Assembly (NCBI GenBank): GCA_035311205.1
Contig: DATGDB010000047.1
Location: 14,914 to 78,913 of the forward strand
Reading direction: 5' to 3'
Length of the DNA stretch: 64,000 nt
Origin: Gaiellaceae bacterium
GTDB taxonomy: Bacteria; Actinomycetota; Thermoleophilia; Gaiellales; Gaiellaceae
Below are positions 24,577 to 35,999 of this stretch, one piece after another; the first letter of the stretch is position 1, and each line of letters starts with the position of its first letter. The notes below the pieces were generated by a model. The model was not told where the DNA came from. It saw only the letters and a program-made list of their open reading frames with translations, and searched no databases. Both the position numbers and the translations under genes were made by a program.

Positions 24577-25496
24577 AACTGGGCGCCACTGCAGCGCTGT
24601 CGCATCCGGGGCGCAGGCGCCGGCACAACGAGGACTCGTACGTCCTCGAACCGCCGCTCTTCGCGGTCGCCGACGGGATGGGCGGTGCCAAAGCCGGTGA
24701 GATCGCCTCGAGCCTCGCGGCAGCCGCCGTCCAGGAAAGCGCCGGCGACGGCGCGACCGGAGAGGCTCGCGTGGCGGCGCTGATCGAAGAGGCCAACCGG
24801 CGAGTGTTCCGGCGCGCGAACGAGGATCGAGCCGTTTCGGGTATGGGGACAACCATGACGGTGGCCCTGGTCGAGGACGAGCGGGTCGCGATCGGACACG
24901 TCGGTGACTCGCGCGCGTACCTGATCAGGGACGGGCGCCTCGAGCAGCTCACGGACGACCACTCGCTCGTCGCAGAGCTCGTCCGGAGTGGGAAGCTGAC
25001 GCCCGAAGAGGCCGAGGCCCACCCGCAGCGGTCCGTGATCACGCGCGCGCTCGGGACGGAATCGGAGGTCGACGTCGACACCTTCTCCGTGCACGCAACA
25101 CCAGGCGACCTCTTCCTCCTCTGCTCGGACGGGCTCACCGTGATGGTCGACGACGACACGATCCTCGAGGCGGTCGAGCAGCACCGCTCGAATCTCGACG
25201 AGGCGGCGAAAGCGCTCGTCAACGCCGCCAACAAGGGGGGCGGCGAGGACAACATCACGGTCGTCTTCTTCGAGCTGGACGGCGACGGAGAGCCGGACGA
25301 CACGGCGCAGACAGCGAGCAGCGTCGCGATCGAGCACGAGACGGCCGATGAGGAAACGCTCGACGAGTCGCACCCGCAGCCGGTCGTCGAAGTCGTGGAG
25401 CCCAGCCGCCGCGGCAAGACCCTGTGGGCTCTCGCCGTCGTCGCGGTGCTCCTCATCGCCGCCGCCGTGATCCTCTGGCTGCTGGATCAGGTCTGA
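24573..25496 (+). CDS. pstP: PP2C-family Ser/Thr phosphatase with C-terminal TM anchor
   Basis: Motifs RRRHNEDSY, FAVADGMGGAKAGEIAS, LLCSDGL and GGEDNITVV, with a C-terminal TM segment WALAVVAVLLIAAAVILWLL. Confidence 0.95.
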   Translation: MKLGATAALSHPGRRRRHNEDSYVLEPPLFAVADGMGGAKAGEIASSLAAAAVQESAGDGATGEARVAALIEEANRRVFRRANEDRAVSGMGTTMTVALVEDERVAIGHVGDSRAYLIRDGRLEQLTDDHSLVAELVRSGKLTPEEAEAHPQRSVITRALGTESEVDVDTFSVHATPGDLFLLCSDGLTVMVDDDTILEAVEQHRSNLDEAAKALVNAANKGGGEDNITVVFFELDGDGEPDDTAQTASSVAIEHETADEETLDESHPQPVVEVVEPSRRGKTLWALAVVAVLLIAAAVILWLLDQV

Positions 25497-25498
25497 GC

Positions 25499-26764
25499 AT
25501 GTCCCTCAGAAACCGCGAGCTCATGAGCCTGGTCGTCGTCGGCGCGGTCGTCGGCTTCGGGTTCGCGAGCGTGTACATCGCCCGGCAGGAGGTCGTGAAC
25601 TCGGCGTCGCTCTCCTACGGCCTGTTCTTCCTCGGCCTCTATCTCGTCGCGCACCTGATTGCCCGGGTGACGGTGCCGAACGCCGACCCCTACCTCCTGC
25701 CGATGGCCGGGCTCCTGACGGGGATCGGCCTGACCGAGATCTACAGGCTGGACGAGAACGACGCGTTCAAGCAGGGGCTCTGGATCGTGATCGGCCTCGG
25801 CGCCTTCGCGGCGACGCTGTTTCTGCTGCGCGACGACTACCGCAAGCTCGAGAGCTACAAGTACCTCTTCGGCCTCGGAGCGATCGCGCTGCTCCTGCTG
25901 CCGATCGTCCCCGGCCTCGGCTCCACCGTCAACGGCGCTCGTCTCTGGGTCGACGTCGGGCCACTGCACTTCCAGCCCGGCGAGCTGGCGAAGATCCTCC
26001 TCATCGTCTTCCTCGCGGGCTACCTGCGCGAGAAGCGCGAGGTGCTGGCGCAGTTTCGGCTCAAGGATCTCGGGCCGCTCTTCCTGGTCTGGGGTGCGGC
26101 GATGCTCGTCCTCGTCGTGACGAACGACCTCGGAGGCGGCATTCTGTACTTCGGGATCTTCCTCGCGATGCTGTACGTGGCGACCGCCCAGGTCTGGTTC
26201 GTGGTCGCCGGAAGCGTGCTCTTCGTCGGCGGCGCCGCCGCGGTCTATTCGGCGATCCCGCGCGTCCAGGAGCGCGTCCAGATCTGGCTCGATCCGTGGA
26301 AAGACGCCTATGGTGACGGCTACCAGACCGTCCAGTCCCAGTACTCGATCGCGAACGGGGGCTTCGGCGGCACCGGCTTCGGAAAGGGCACGTTCACCGA
26401 CGCCGCGGGCCACCAGCTGATCCCCTACGTGAACACGGACTTCATCTACTCCGCGCTCGCGCAGGAGCTCGGGCTCATCGGCATCTGCGCCTTCCTGCTC
26501 GTCTACATGCTCTTCGCTGCGCGCGGGTTCCGGATCGCGCTGCTGGCGCAGGACGGGTTCTCGAAGCTGCTCGCGGTCGGCTTGACCTTCGCCTTCACTC
26601 TGCAGGCCTTCATCATCATCGGCGGGATCGTCCGGATCATCCCGCTGACGGGGATCACGCTGCCCTTCGTCAGCTACGGGGGATCGAGCATCGTTGCGAA
26701 CTTCGTGCTGCTCGCCGGCCTGCTCCTCGTGTCCGACCGCGCGAACGAGGGCGCGCGGCGATGA
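25499..26764 (+). CDS. rodA: SEDS-family peptidoglycan polymerase (RodA/FtsW)
   Basis: ATG at 25499. Polytopic protein with the FtsW/RodA/SpoVE signature NTDFIYSALAQELGLIG and ITLPFVSYGGSS. Confidence 0.9.
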   Translation: MSLRNRELMSLVVVGAVVGFGFASVYIARQEVVNSASLSYGLFFLGLYLVAHLIARVTVPNADPYLLPMAGLLTGIGLTEIYRLDENDAFKQGLWIVIGLGAFAATLFLLRDDYRKLESYKYLFGLGAIALLLLPIVPGLGSTVNGARLWVDVGPLHFQPGELAKILLIVFLAGYLREKREVLAQFRLKDLGPLFLVWGAAMLVLVVTNDLGGGILYFGIFLAMLYVATAQVWFVVAGSVLFVGGAAAVYSAIPRVQERVQIWLDPWKDAYGDGYQTVQSQYSIANGGFGGTGFGKGTFTDAAGHQLIPYVNTDFIYSALAQELGLIGICAFLLVYMLFAARGFRIALLAQDGFSKLLAVGLTFAFTLQAFIIIGGIVRIIPLTGITLPFVSYGGSSIVANFVLLAGLLLVSDRANEGARR

Positions 26765-28239
26765 ACAACCAGATCAGCCGCCTTGCCGTGGCCTCGATCG
26801 TGCTCGTGACGAGCCTCATCGTGGGGACGACGTACTGGCAGGCCTGGGCCGCGCCGAGCCTCGCGAACCGGCGCGACAACGCGATCAAGGTGGTCGCCCA
26901 GTTCTCGATCAAGCGCGGGAACATCTATGCCTCCGACGGAACGCTCATCGCGCGCAACGTCCGCCGGCGGCTCGGCGGGCAGACGCTCTACTTCCGGCGC
27001 TATCCCCGCGGACCGCTCTTCGCGCATCCCGTCGGGTACTCGACCCAAGCGCGGTCACGGTCGGGGGTGGAGCAGTCGCGCAACGACTATCTCACCGGCT
27101 CCAACACGAACCTCGCCACCCTGCTCGACACCACGCTGGACAAGCTCCGCGGGACGACGATCGAAGGGAACGACCTGATCCTGACGCTCCGGCCGAGGCC
27201 GCAGAAGGTGGCGCTCGACGCGTTGGCGGGGCAGTGCGGCGCGGCCGTTGCGCTCGACCCGAAGACGGGGAAGGTGCTCGTGATGGCGTCGAGCCCCAGT
27301 TACGACCCCAACCAGGTGGAGCGCAACTTCCGGCGCGTCCAGCGGGGCCGCGGCCCGTGTCCGGTCGCCCCCTTGCTCGACCGGGCATCCACCGGGCTGT
27401 TCACGCCGGGGTCGATCTTCAAGGTGGTCACAGCCGCCGCGGCGCTCGACACAGGGAAGTTCACGCCCCAGTCCACCTTCTATGACCCGGGCTACTGCAT
27501 CGAGTATGGACAGCGCGTGAACAACTACGACACGACCACGCCGTTCGGGACGGTCAACTTCTCGCAGGCGCTCATTAACTCGATCAACTCGTCGTTCTGC
27601 GAGATGGGGAAGAAGCTCGGCCCCGAGGTGATCCTCGACTACGCCCGGCGCTTCGGCTTCTACAAGGATCCACCGATCGACTTGCCCTCCGGCGAGCGCG
27701 CGCCCAGCGGGCTCTACCGGGGCGGGAAGCTGCTCCCGCGGTCCGAGGAAGGGCGCGCCGACCCGGGCCGGCTCGCGTTCGGACAGGAGCGGATGCTCGT
27801 CACGCCTCTCCAGATGGCGATGGTGGCCGGAGCAATCGCGAACAAGGGCGTGGTCATGGAGCCCTATCTGACCGATCGCGCGCGAAAGCCCGACGGCTCC
27901 GTACTGGTCAAGTTCAAGCCCAAGGAACTGCGCCGCGCCGTCAAGCCGGAGGTCGCCGACGAGATCGCGTCGATGATGGAGAGCGTGGTCACGAGCGGGA
28001 CCGGAACGGCGGCGCAGATCCCGGGCGTTCGAGTGGCCGGCAAGACGGGAACCGCCGAGACCGGCCGCTCGGGCCGGAACACGACCTGGTTCATCTCCTT
28101 CGCGCCGGTCGACAACCCCAAGTACGCGGTTGCCGTCGTTTTGCAGAACCAGAGCGGCACGGGGGGTAGCACCGCGGCCCCGATCGCGAAAGAGATCTTG
28201 CAGGCGCTGATGCGATCTCCGTCGAAAGGGTCTGGTTAG
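26761..28239 (+). CDS. pbpA: Class B penicillin-binding protein (PbpA-type transpeptidase)
   Basis: Motifs PGSIFKVVTAAAAL (SxxK), SINS (SxN) and KTGTAE (KTG). ATGA overlap with rodA. Confidence 0.95.
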   Translation: MNNQISRLAVASIVLVTSLIVGTTYWQAWAAPSLANRRDNAIKVVAQFSIKRGNIYASDGTLIARNVRRRLGGQTLYFRRYPRGPLFAHPVGYSTQARSRSGVEQSRNDYLTGSNTNLATLLDTTLDKLRGTTIEGNDLILTLRPRPQKVALDALAGQCGAAVALDPKTGKVLVMASSPSYDPNQVERNFRRVQRGRGPCPVAPLLDRASTGLFTPGSIFKVVTAAAALDTGKFTPQSTFYDPGYCIEYGQRVNNYDTTTPFGTVNFSQALINSINSSFCEMGKKLGPEVILDYARRFGFYKDPPIDLPSGERAPSGLYRGGKLLPRSEEGRADPGRLAFGQERMLVTPLQMAMVAGAIANKGVVMEPYLTDRARKPDGSVLVKFKPKELRRAVKPEVADEIASMMESVVTSGTGTAAQIPGVRVAGKTGTAETGRSGRNTTWFISFAPVDNPKYAVAVVLQNQSGTGGSTAAPIAKEILQALMRSPSKGSG

Positions 28240-28242
28240 CAC

Positions 28243-30222
28243 ATGGCGGTCTCGGACACCCTGATCGGGATGATGTTCGACGGTCGCTATCGCATCCTGC
28301 GCAAGCTCGGCTCGGGCGGGATGGCAAACGTCTACCTCGCGGAGGACGAGGAGCTCGGCCGGCGGGTCGCGATCAAGATCCTGAACGACCGGCACGCGAA
28401 CGACGACCAGTTCGTCGAGCGCTTCCGCCGGGAGGCGAAGAACGCCGCAGGCCTCTCCCACCCGAACATCGTCTCGATCTACGACCGCGGCGAGGCCGAG
28501 GGCACCTACTACATCGCAATGGAGTACCTCGAGGGCCGGAGCCTCAAGGAACGGATCGTCGCCGAGGGGCCGCTGCCAATCGCGTCGGCGATCGAGATCG
28601 CAAGGCAGATCCTGCGCGCGGTCGGCTTCGCGCACCGGCGCCAGATCGTCCACCGCGACATCAAGCCCCACAACGTGCTCCTCGTTCAGGACGGTCCAGT
28701 CGACGGCGACGAGCGCTTCAAGGTCACGGACTTCGGGATCTCGCGCACGGCGACGAGCCAGATGACGGAGGCAGGTTCGATTGTCGGGACCGCGCAGTAC
28801 CTCTCGCCGGAGCAGGCGCGCGGCGCTCCGGTCGACCAGCGCTCCGACATCTACTCCGTCGGGATCGTGCTCTACGAGCTCCTGACCGGCCAGCTGCCGT
28901 TCACAGGTGAGACGCCGCTCGAGATCGCGATGAAGCACCTCTCCGAGATCCCGAGGGCGCCGTCCGAGCTCAGGCCCGAGCTCCCGACCGACCTAGACAT
29001 GATCGTGCTGAGGGCGCTCGCGAAGGATCCCGCTGATCGCTTCGAGAGCGCGGAGGAGATGGAGCGGGAGCTTGCGCGCGTCGCGGGCGGCGGTGGAGTG
29101 ACCACGGAGACCGCCGAGGCGGCGACGGCGGTTCTCGCCGGTGCCGGGCTCGCCGAGGCAGCGCCGACGATGATCTCGCGCCGGCCGGTCGTGGCGCCGC
29201 GGGAGACCTACGACGACCACTACTACGACTACGAGGAGCCGCCGCGCCGTCGTCGGCCGCTCTGGCCGTGGCTGCTCGCGATTCTCCTCGCGGCAGGGGC
29301 GATCGTCGCCGGCTTCTACGTCTGGGACCGGATCCAGGACGAGCTGAACGCGACGAAGCCCGTGGCCGTGCCGCTCGTCGAAGGAATGCGGAAGCCGCTG
29401 GCCGAGAAAGCGATCCGGGACGCCGGCCTCAAGCCGCGGGCGATCAACCGCTCCCACCTCACCGTCCCCGTCGGCGAAGTCTTCGCGCAGGACCCCGACG
29501 CCGGCGAGCGGATCCAGAAAGGGAACGCCGTGCGGATCTTCGTCTCGACCGGAAAGCCCCGGGTCAACGTGCCGGATGTCTTGGGGGCGAGAGAGGCCGA
29601 CGCGATCGCGACGATCCGCGCCGCGGGCCTGATCCCCAATCCGGTCGAGATCTTCTCCGACGACCCGCAGGGCTCGGTGATCGCCCAGGACCCGAAGGGC
29701 GGAACGAGCGTCGTTCGCGGCAGCACGGTTCGCATCAACATCTCGAAAGGTCAGCAGACGACGGGGCTTCCGAACGTGATCGGCCTGTCGTATGACAGCG
29801 CAGCTGATCAGCTGCGGCGTGCCGGGTTCACGCCGAGTCGGAAAGACGTCGACTCGAGCGAGCCGAAGGGCACCGTCATCGAGATGGATCCTTCGCCGGG
29901 CTCGCTCCAGCCGCCGGGGACCAAGGTCACTGTCACCGTTTCGAAGGGCCAGGCGACGTCGGCGATCCCGGATGTGACCGGAATCGACGAGGCGAGCGCG
30001 CAGGCGACGCTCGAGAACGAGGGCTGGAAGGTCTCGATCAGAGACACGCCGACGCAGGATCCCGCCGAGGACGGGATCGTTCTCGACCAGGCGCCGTCGG
30101 CCGGCGAGCAGGCGAAGCCGGGCGCGATGGTCACGCTGTTCGTCGGCCGGCTGGAGCAGACGTCCCCACCGCCTCCTGCGCCGACGCCTCCCCCGCCGCC
30201 GCCCGGTCCGCCGCCCCCGTGA
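28243..30222 (+). CDS. pknB: Ser/Thr protein kinase PknB with extracellular PASTA repeats
   Basis: Kinase motifs GSGGMANVYLA, HRDIKPHNVLL, DFGISR and GTAQYLSPEQ, then a TM segment and four PASTA-like modules (VPLVEGM.., VPDVLGA.., LPNVIGL.., IPDVTGI..). The tail is Pro-rich. Confidence 0.95.
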   Translation: MAVSDTLIGMMFDGRYRILRKLGSGGMANVYLAEDEELGRRVAIKILNDRHANDDQFVERFRREAKNAAGLSHPNIVSIYDRGEAEGTYYIAMEYLEGRSLKERIVAEGPLPIASAIEIARQILRAVGFAHRRQIVHRDIKPHNVLLVQDGPVDGDERFKVTDFGISRTATSQMTEAGSIVGTAQYLSPEQARGAPVDQRSDIYSVGIVLYELLTGQLPFTGETPLEIAMKHLSEIPRAPSELRPELPTDLDMIVLRALAKDPADRFESAEEMERELARVAGGGGVTTETAEAATAVLAGAGLAEAAPTMISRRPVVAPRETYDDHYYDYEEPPRRRRPLWPWLLAILLAAGAIVAGFYVWDRIQDELNATKPVAVPLVEGMRKPLAEKAIRDAGLKPRAINRSHLTVPVGEVFAQDPDAGERIQKGNAVRIFVSTGKPRVNVPDVLGAREADAIATIRAAGLIPNPVEIFSDDPQGSVIAQDPKGGTSVVRGSTVRINISKGQQTTGLPNVIGLSYDSAADQLRRAGFTPSRKDVDSSEPKGTVIEMDPSPGSLQPPGTKVTVTVSKGQATSAIPDVTGIDEASAQATLENEGWKVSIRDTPTQDPAEDGIVLDQAPSAGEQAKPGAMVTLFVGRLEQTSPPPPAPTPPPPPPGPPPP

Positions 30223-31241
30223 GCCGCTGCGTCCGCGTCGCAGTCGTCGCGGGAGGCCGCTCGAGCGAGCACGAGATCTCGGTAGCCTCGGCGCGGTCCG
30301 TCATCGAAGCGCTCGACCCCGATCGCTACGAGGTCGAGACGATCGAGATCGGCCGCGACGGACGCTGGGCGCTCAACTCGGGGATGAAGGAGCTCGACAG
30401 GCCCGTGGCGGAGACGCTTCCGGTGCCGACCGGTTCGCCGCCGGAGACGCTGGGGCGCGTCGACGTCGTCCTCCCGATCCTCCATGGCCCCTTCGGCGAG
30501 GACGGGACCGTTCAGGGGCTGCTCGAGCTGGCCGGGGTGCCGTACGTCGGCGCCGGTGTGACCGCGTCGGCGCTGTGCATGGACAAGGATCTCTTCAAGT
30601 CCGTCTGCCGAGACAAGGGGATCCCGGTGACGCGGTCGGTGACGGTCAGGAACGGCGACCGGCCCGAGAACCCATTCGGCTACCCGGTGTTCGTCAAGCC
30701 GGTGCGGCTGGGGTCGTCGGTGGGGATCACGAAGGTCGAGGGCGAGGAGCAGCTCGAGGACGCAGTGGCGCTCGCGCGGCGCCACGACGACAAGGTTCTC
30801 GTCGAGGAATTCGTCGACGGCGTGGAGGTCGAGTGCGGCGTGCTCGGAAACCGCGAGCCGATCGCCTCGGTTCCGGGAGAGATCGTCGCGCACGGGTTCG
30901 GCGGCGTCGACTGGTACGACTACTCGGCCAAGTACGACGAGGGCGGAATGGACCTGATCATCCCGCCGCGGATCCCGCAGCCGGCGATCGAGCGCGTGCA
31001 GGAGATCTCCGTCGACGCGTTCATCGCCTCAGATTGCGAGGGCATGGCCCGCGTGGATTGCTTCGTAACCGGCGACGGCGAGGTGCTCGTCAACGAGCTG
31101 AACACGATTCCGGGCTTCACAGCGACGAGCGTCTACGCGAAGCTCTTCGAGGCTTCGGGGATCCCGTACCCGGAGCTGCTCGACCGCCTGATCGAGCTCG
31201 CGCTCGAGCGACACGAGCGCCGCGATCGGCTCGAGTACTAG
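30219..31241 (+). CDS. ddl: D-alanine--D-alanine ligase
   Basis: Motifs VAVVAGGRSSEHEISVASARSV, LHGPFGEDGTVQGLLELAGVPYVGAGV and NELNTIPGFT. GTGA overlap with pknB. Confidence 0.95.
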   Translation: MSRCVRVAVVAGGRSSEHEISVASARSVIEALDPDRYEVETIEIGRDGRWALNSGMKELDRPVAETLPVPTGSPPETLGRVDVVLPILHGPFGEDGTVQGLLELAGVPYVGAGVTASALCMDKDLFKSVCRDKGIPVTRSVTVRNGDRPENPFGYPVFVKPVRLGSSVGITKVEGEEQLEDAVALARRHDDKVLVEEFVDGVEVECGVLGNREPIASVPGEIVAHGFGGVDWYDYSAKYDEGGMDLIIPPRIPQPAIERVQEISVDAFIASDCEGMARVDCFVTGDGEVLVNELNTIPGFTATSVYAKLFEASGIPYPELLDRLIELALERHERRDRLEY

Positions 31242-32695
31242 GCCGCCTTCACTTCGTTCACATGCGCCCTGCTGTCGAGATCGGTGATCCAGATCACGAA
31301 GTAGCGGGCCTTGGCGTCCTGCAGGTCGAAGGTGGTCTGGGCGTCGACGGTCTCGGAGTTCGAGACAGGCTGGAACGGCCCCTGAGGCGAGTCGCCGTCC
31401 CGGATCTCGGCGGTGAACCCGGGCGTGTCCGTCGTGACGATGATCGACTTCGGCTCGACCACCTTGCCGGCGTCGAGGACGAGACCGACGCCCGGCTTGC
31501 TGTTCGAGAAGTCGTTGTACGTCTCGGTCGTCCAGTACGTCCCAGGGTTGCCGTCGGTGGCATTCGGCGCTTCATCGTCGTGCTCGGCGCCGTCGCCGGG
31601 CGGCGCGGGGTCGAAGGCGCCGAGCCCCGAGAGCCGGATAGGGCCATTCGTCGCGGCCGCCGGCGAACCGCCGCCGTCGTCGCGAAGCGCGATTGCTGCG
31701 TACGCAGCCAGCGCCGCGACCACCACGACGGCAAGAACGGCCAGGAGCGGCCATAGGAGGCCTGTCCTTCGCCGCTGCCGCGCGGGTCGCGGCGGCCTGG
31801 CCGGCGTAACCCGCCTCCGCGAGATCATCGTCGCCTCCTCCGAGCTCGGATCGAGGTCGGCGAGGCAGGTCTCCAGCTCGGCGACGAACTCGTCCATCGA
31901 CTGGAAGCGGTCCTCCGGACGCTTCGCCATGGCGCGCTCGATCGCCATCGCGACACGCGGCGGACAGTCCGGCCGCCGTTCGAGGACGTCCGGCGGCGGC
32001 TCGTTCACGTGCCTGAGCGCGACGGCGACGAAGTTCTCGCCGTGGAACGGGACGCCGCCGGTCAGCAGCTCGTAGAGGACGACGCCGAGCGAGTAAACGT
32101 CGGTGAGCGCGTCTACCCGCTGGCCGCGGGCCTGCTCCGGCGCGATGTACTCGCTCGTCCCGAGCACGGTGCCGGTGATCGTCACGCCGTCCACGTCGAC
32201 GGAGCGCGCGATGCCGAAGTCGGTCATCTTGGCCTGGCCGTCCTCGTTCAGGAGGACGTTCTGCGGCTTGACATCGCGGTGGATCAACCCCCGGTCGTGC
32301 GCGAACCCGAGCGCGCGGGCCATCTGCAGGGCGAGCAGGAGAGCTTCCCGGATCGGCAGCGGCCCCTGCCGCTCGATCACCTGCTTGAGGTTTCGCCCGG
32401 CGACGTACTCGAAGACGATGTACTGCCGTCCGCCGTCCTCGCCGCGGTCGATGACCGTGACGATGTTGGGGTGGCTGAGCTGAGCGACCGACCGGGCCTC
32501 GCGCCGGAAGCGCTCGACGTACTCCTCGTCCTGCGTGAATTGTTCGTGGAGAACCTTGATCGCGACGGTGCGGTCGAGCAGGCGGTCTTGCGCCTTCCAG
32601 ACGGTCGACATACCGCCCCGACCGACCAGCTCGAGCAGCTCGTAGCGGCCTGCAATCACCTCTTCGGACACGGGAGGAAAGGGTAGTTCGCTCAT
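31238..32695 (-). CDS. Ser/Thr protein kinase with extracellular discoidin (F5/8 type C)-like domain
   Basis: Kinase motifs GRGGMSTVWKA, HRDVKPQNVLL, DFGIAR and GTSEYIAPEQ, then a TM segment. C-terminus: DGNPGTYWTTETY...ARYFVIWITDL. Confidence 0.9.
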   Translation of the reverse strand: MSELPFPPVSEEVIAGRYELLELVGRGGMSTVWKAQDRLLDRTVAIKVLHEQFTQDEEYVERFRREARSVAQLSHPNIVTVIDRGEDGGRQYIVFEYVAGRNLKQVIERQGPLPIREALLLALQMARALGFAHDRGLIHRDVKPQNVLLNEDGQAKMTDFGIARSVDVDGVTITGTVLGTSEYIAPEQARGQRVDALTDVYSLGVVLYELLTGGVPFHGENFVAVALRHVNEPPPDVLERRPDCPPRVAMAIERAMAKRPEDRFQSMDEFVAELETCLADLDPSSEEATMISRRRVTPARPPRPARQRRRTGLLWPLLAVLAVVVVAALAAYAAIALRDDGGGSPAAATNGPIRLSGLGAFDPAPPGDGAEHDDEAPNATDGNPGTYWTTETYNDFSNSKPGVGLVLDAGKVVEPKSIIVTTDTPGFTAEIRDGDSPQGPFQPVSNSETVDAQTTFDLQDAKARYFVIWITDLDSRAHVNEVKAA

Positions 32696-34621
<1,926 letters not shown>

Positions 34622-35944
34622 CTAGCCGGAGAGCGCGGCTTCGAGCGCTTCCTCCCAGACGCCGAGCGCCTCGTCGAGCTCTGGGTCGGAGAGGGTCAGA
34701 GGTGTGAGCACGCGAATGCAGTTCGAGTAGATCCCGGACTTGAGCAGGAGCAGCCCGCGCTTCGCCCCCTCGTCCGTGACGGCCGAGGCGAGCTCCGGTG
34801 CGGGTTCTTTGCTCTCGGCGTCGGCGACGAGCTCGATCGCGAGCATCGCGCCAAGCCCGCGGACATTGCCGACCTGCGCGAAGCGCTCTTGCCAGGCGAG
34901 CATCCGCTCGCGCAGCTGGTCGCCGATCGCCGTCGCCCGGGCGCAGAGATTCTCGTCGGCGATGACGTCCAACACCGCCAGTGCCGCCGCCTGGGCGACG
35001 GGGTTGCCGACGTACGTGCCGCCGATCGCGGAGTCGCCCGGCGCGTCCATGATCTCAGCCTTGCCGATCACTCCAGAAAGCGGGAGGCCCATCGCGATCG
35101 ACTTCGCTACGGTGATGAGGTCGGGCTCGACGCCGTAGTGCTCGATTGCGAGCAGCTTTCCTGTACGAGCGAAGCCCGTCTGCACCTCGTCGACGACCAT
35201 GACGATCCCGTGCTCGTCGCAGAGCCGGCGTACGCCGTCCATGAACTCCTGCGGCGCGACGAGAAAGCCGCCCTCGCCCTGGACGGGCTCGACCACGATC
35301 GCCGCGACGGTCTCGGCCGCGACCTGCGTGACGAGTGCCCGTTCGAGCGCCGCGAGCGCTTCCTCGGCGCTTGGCCCGCGGTAGTCGTTGGGGAAGGGGA
35401 CGCGGTAGACCTCCGGGGCGAACGGCCCCAGGCCGGCCTTGTAGGGGTGCGTCTTCGAGGTCATCGACAGGGCGAGCAAGGTGCGGCCGTGGAAGCCGCC
35501 CTCGAACGCGATCACCGCGGGGCGCTTCGTGTAAGAGCGCGCGAACTTGATCGCGTTCTCGGCCGCTTCGGTGCCGGCGTTGAAGAACGAGGCCTTGGCA
35601 TTGGCGATCGGCGCGAGCTCGCAGAGGCGCTCGGCCAGGCGGACGTAGACCTCGTAGGGGACGATCGTGAAATCCGTGTGGCTGAAGCGCTCGAGCTGTT
35701 CCTGCGCCGCCTCGACGACCCGCGGGTGGGAATGACCGACGTTGAGGCAACCGACTCCGCCGGTGAAGTCGATGAACGTGTTGCCGTCCACGTCGGTGAG
35801 GCGCACGCCTTCGCCGCGCTCGATCACAATCGGGAAGGTGAGGGACAGCGGATCAGCGATGACGCGCTGTTTGCGCTCGATGATCGCGCGGGAGCGGGGC
35901 CCGGGTATGTCGGTTCGGATGTCGATCGTCTTCGTCGTCGCCAT
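34622..35944 (-). CDS. gabT: 4-aminobutyrate aminotransferase (class III PLP aminotransferase)
   Basis: ATG at 35944 (MATTKTIDIRTDIPGPRSR...). Motifs FIDFTGGVGCLNVGHSHP, DEVQTGFARTG and VAKSIAMGLPLS (PLP lysine). Confidence 0.9.
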   Translation of the reverse strand: MATTKTIDIRTDIPGPRSRAIIERKQRVIADPLSLTFPIVIERGEGVRLTDVDGNTFIDFTGGVGCLNVGHSHPRVVEAAQEQLERFSHTDFTIVPYEVYVRLAERLCELAPIANAKASFFNAGTEAAENAIKFARSYTKRPAVIAFEGGFHGRTLLALSMTSKTHPYKAGLGPFAPEVYRVPFPNDYRGPSAEEALAALERALVTQVAAETVAAIVVEPVQGEGGFLVAPQEFMDGVRRLCDEHGIVMVVDEVQTGFARTGKLLAIEHYGVEPDLITVAKSIAMGLPLSGVIGKAEIMDAPGDSAIGGTYVGNPVAQAAALAVLDVIADENLCARATAIGDQLRERMLAWQERFAQVGNVRGLGAMLAIELVADAESKEPAPELASAVTDEGAKRGLLLLKSGIYSNCIRVLTPLTLSDPELDEALGVWEEALEAALSG

Positions 35945-35982
35945 GAAGGCGACGATAGCGCAGCGATCGGCCCTGTGCATAC

Positions 35983-35999
35983 TGAATAATCCGTATTCA
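35983..35999. promoter_or_regulatory. AT-rich inverted repeat / -10-like element abutting the pdxH start codon
   Basis: TGAATA-atccg-TATTCA ends on the A of the pdxH ATG. It contains TGaATAAT (extended -10-like) 8-9 nt upstream of the ATG, compatible with a leaderless pdxH mRNA or an operator in the 54-bp gabT/pdxH divergent region. Confidence 0.4.

Noticed and set aside
27055-28938. 627-aa ORF on the minus strand
   Set aside because: It is antisense to pbpA and pknB, which carry all catalytic motifs. Its Arg/Asp-rich sequence is junk.
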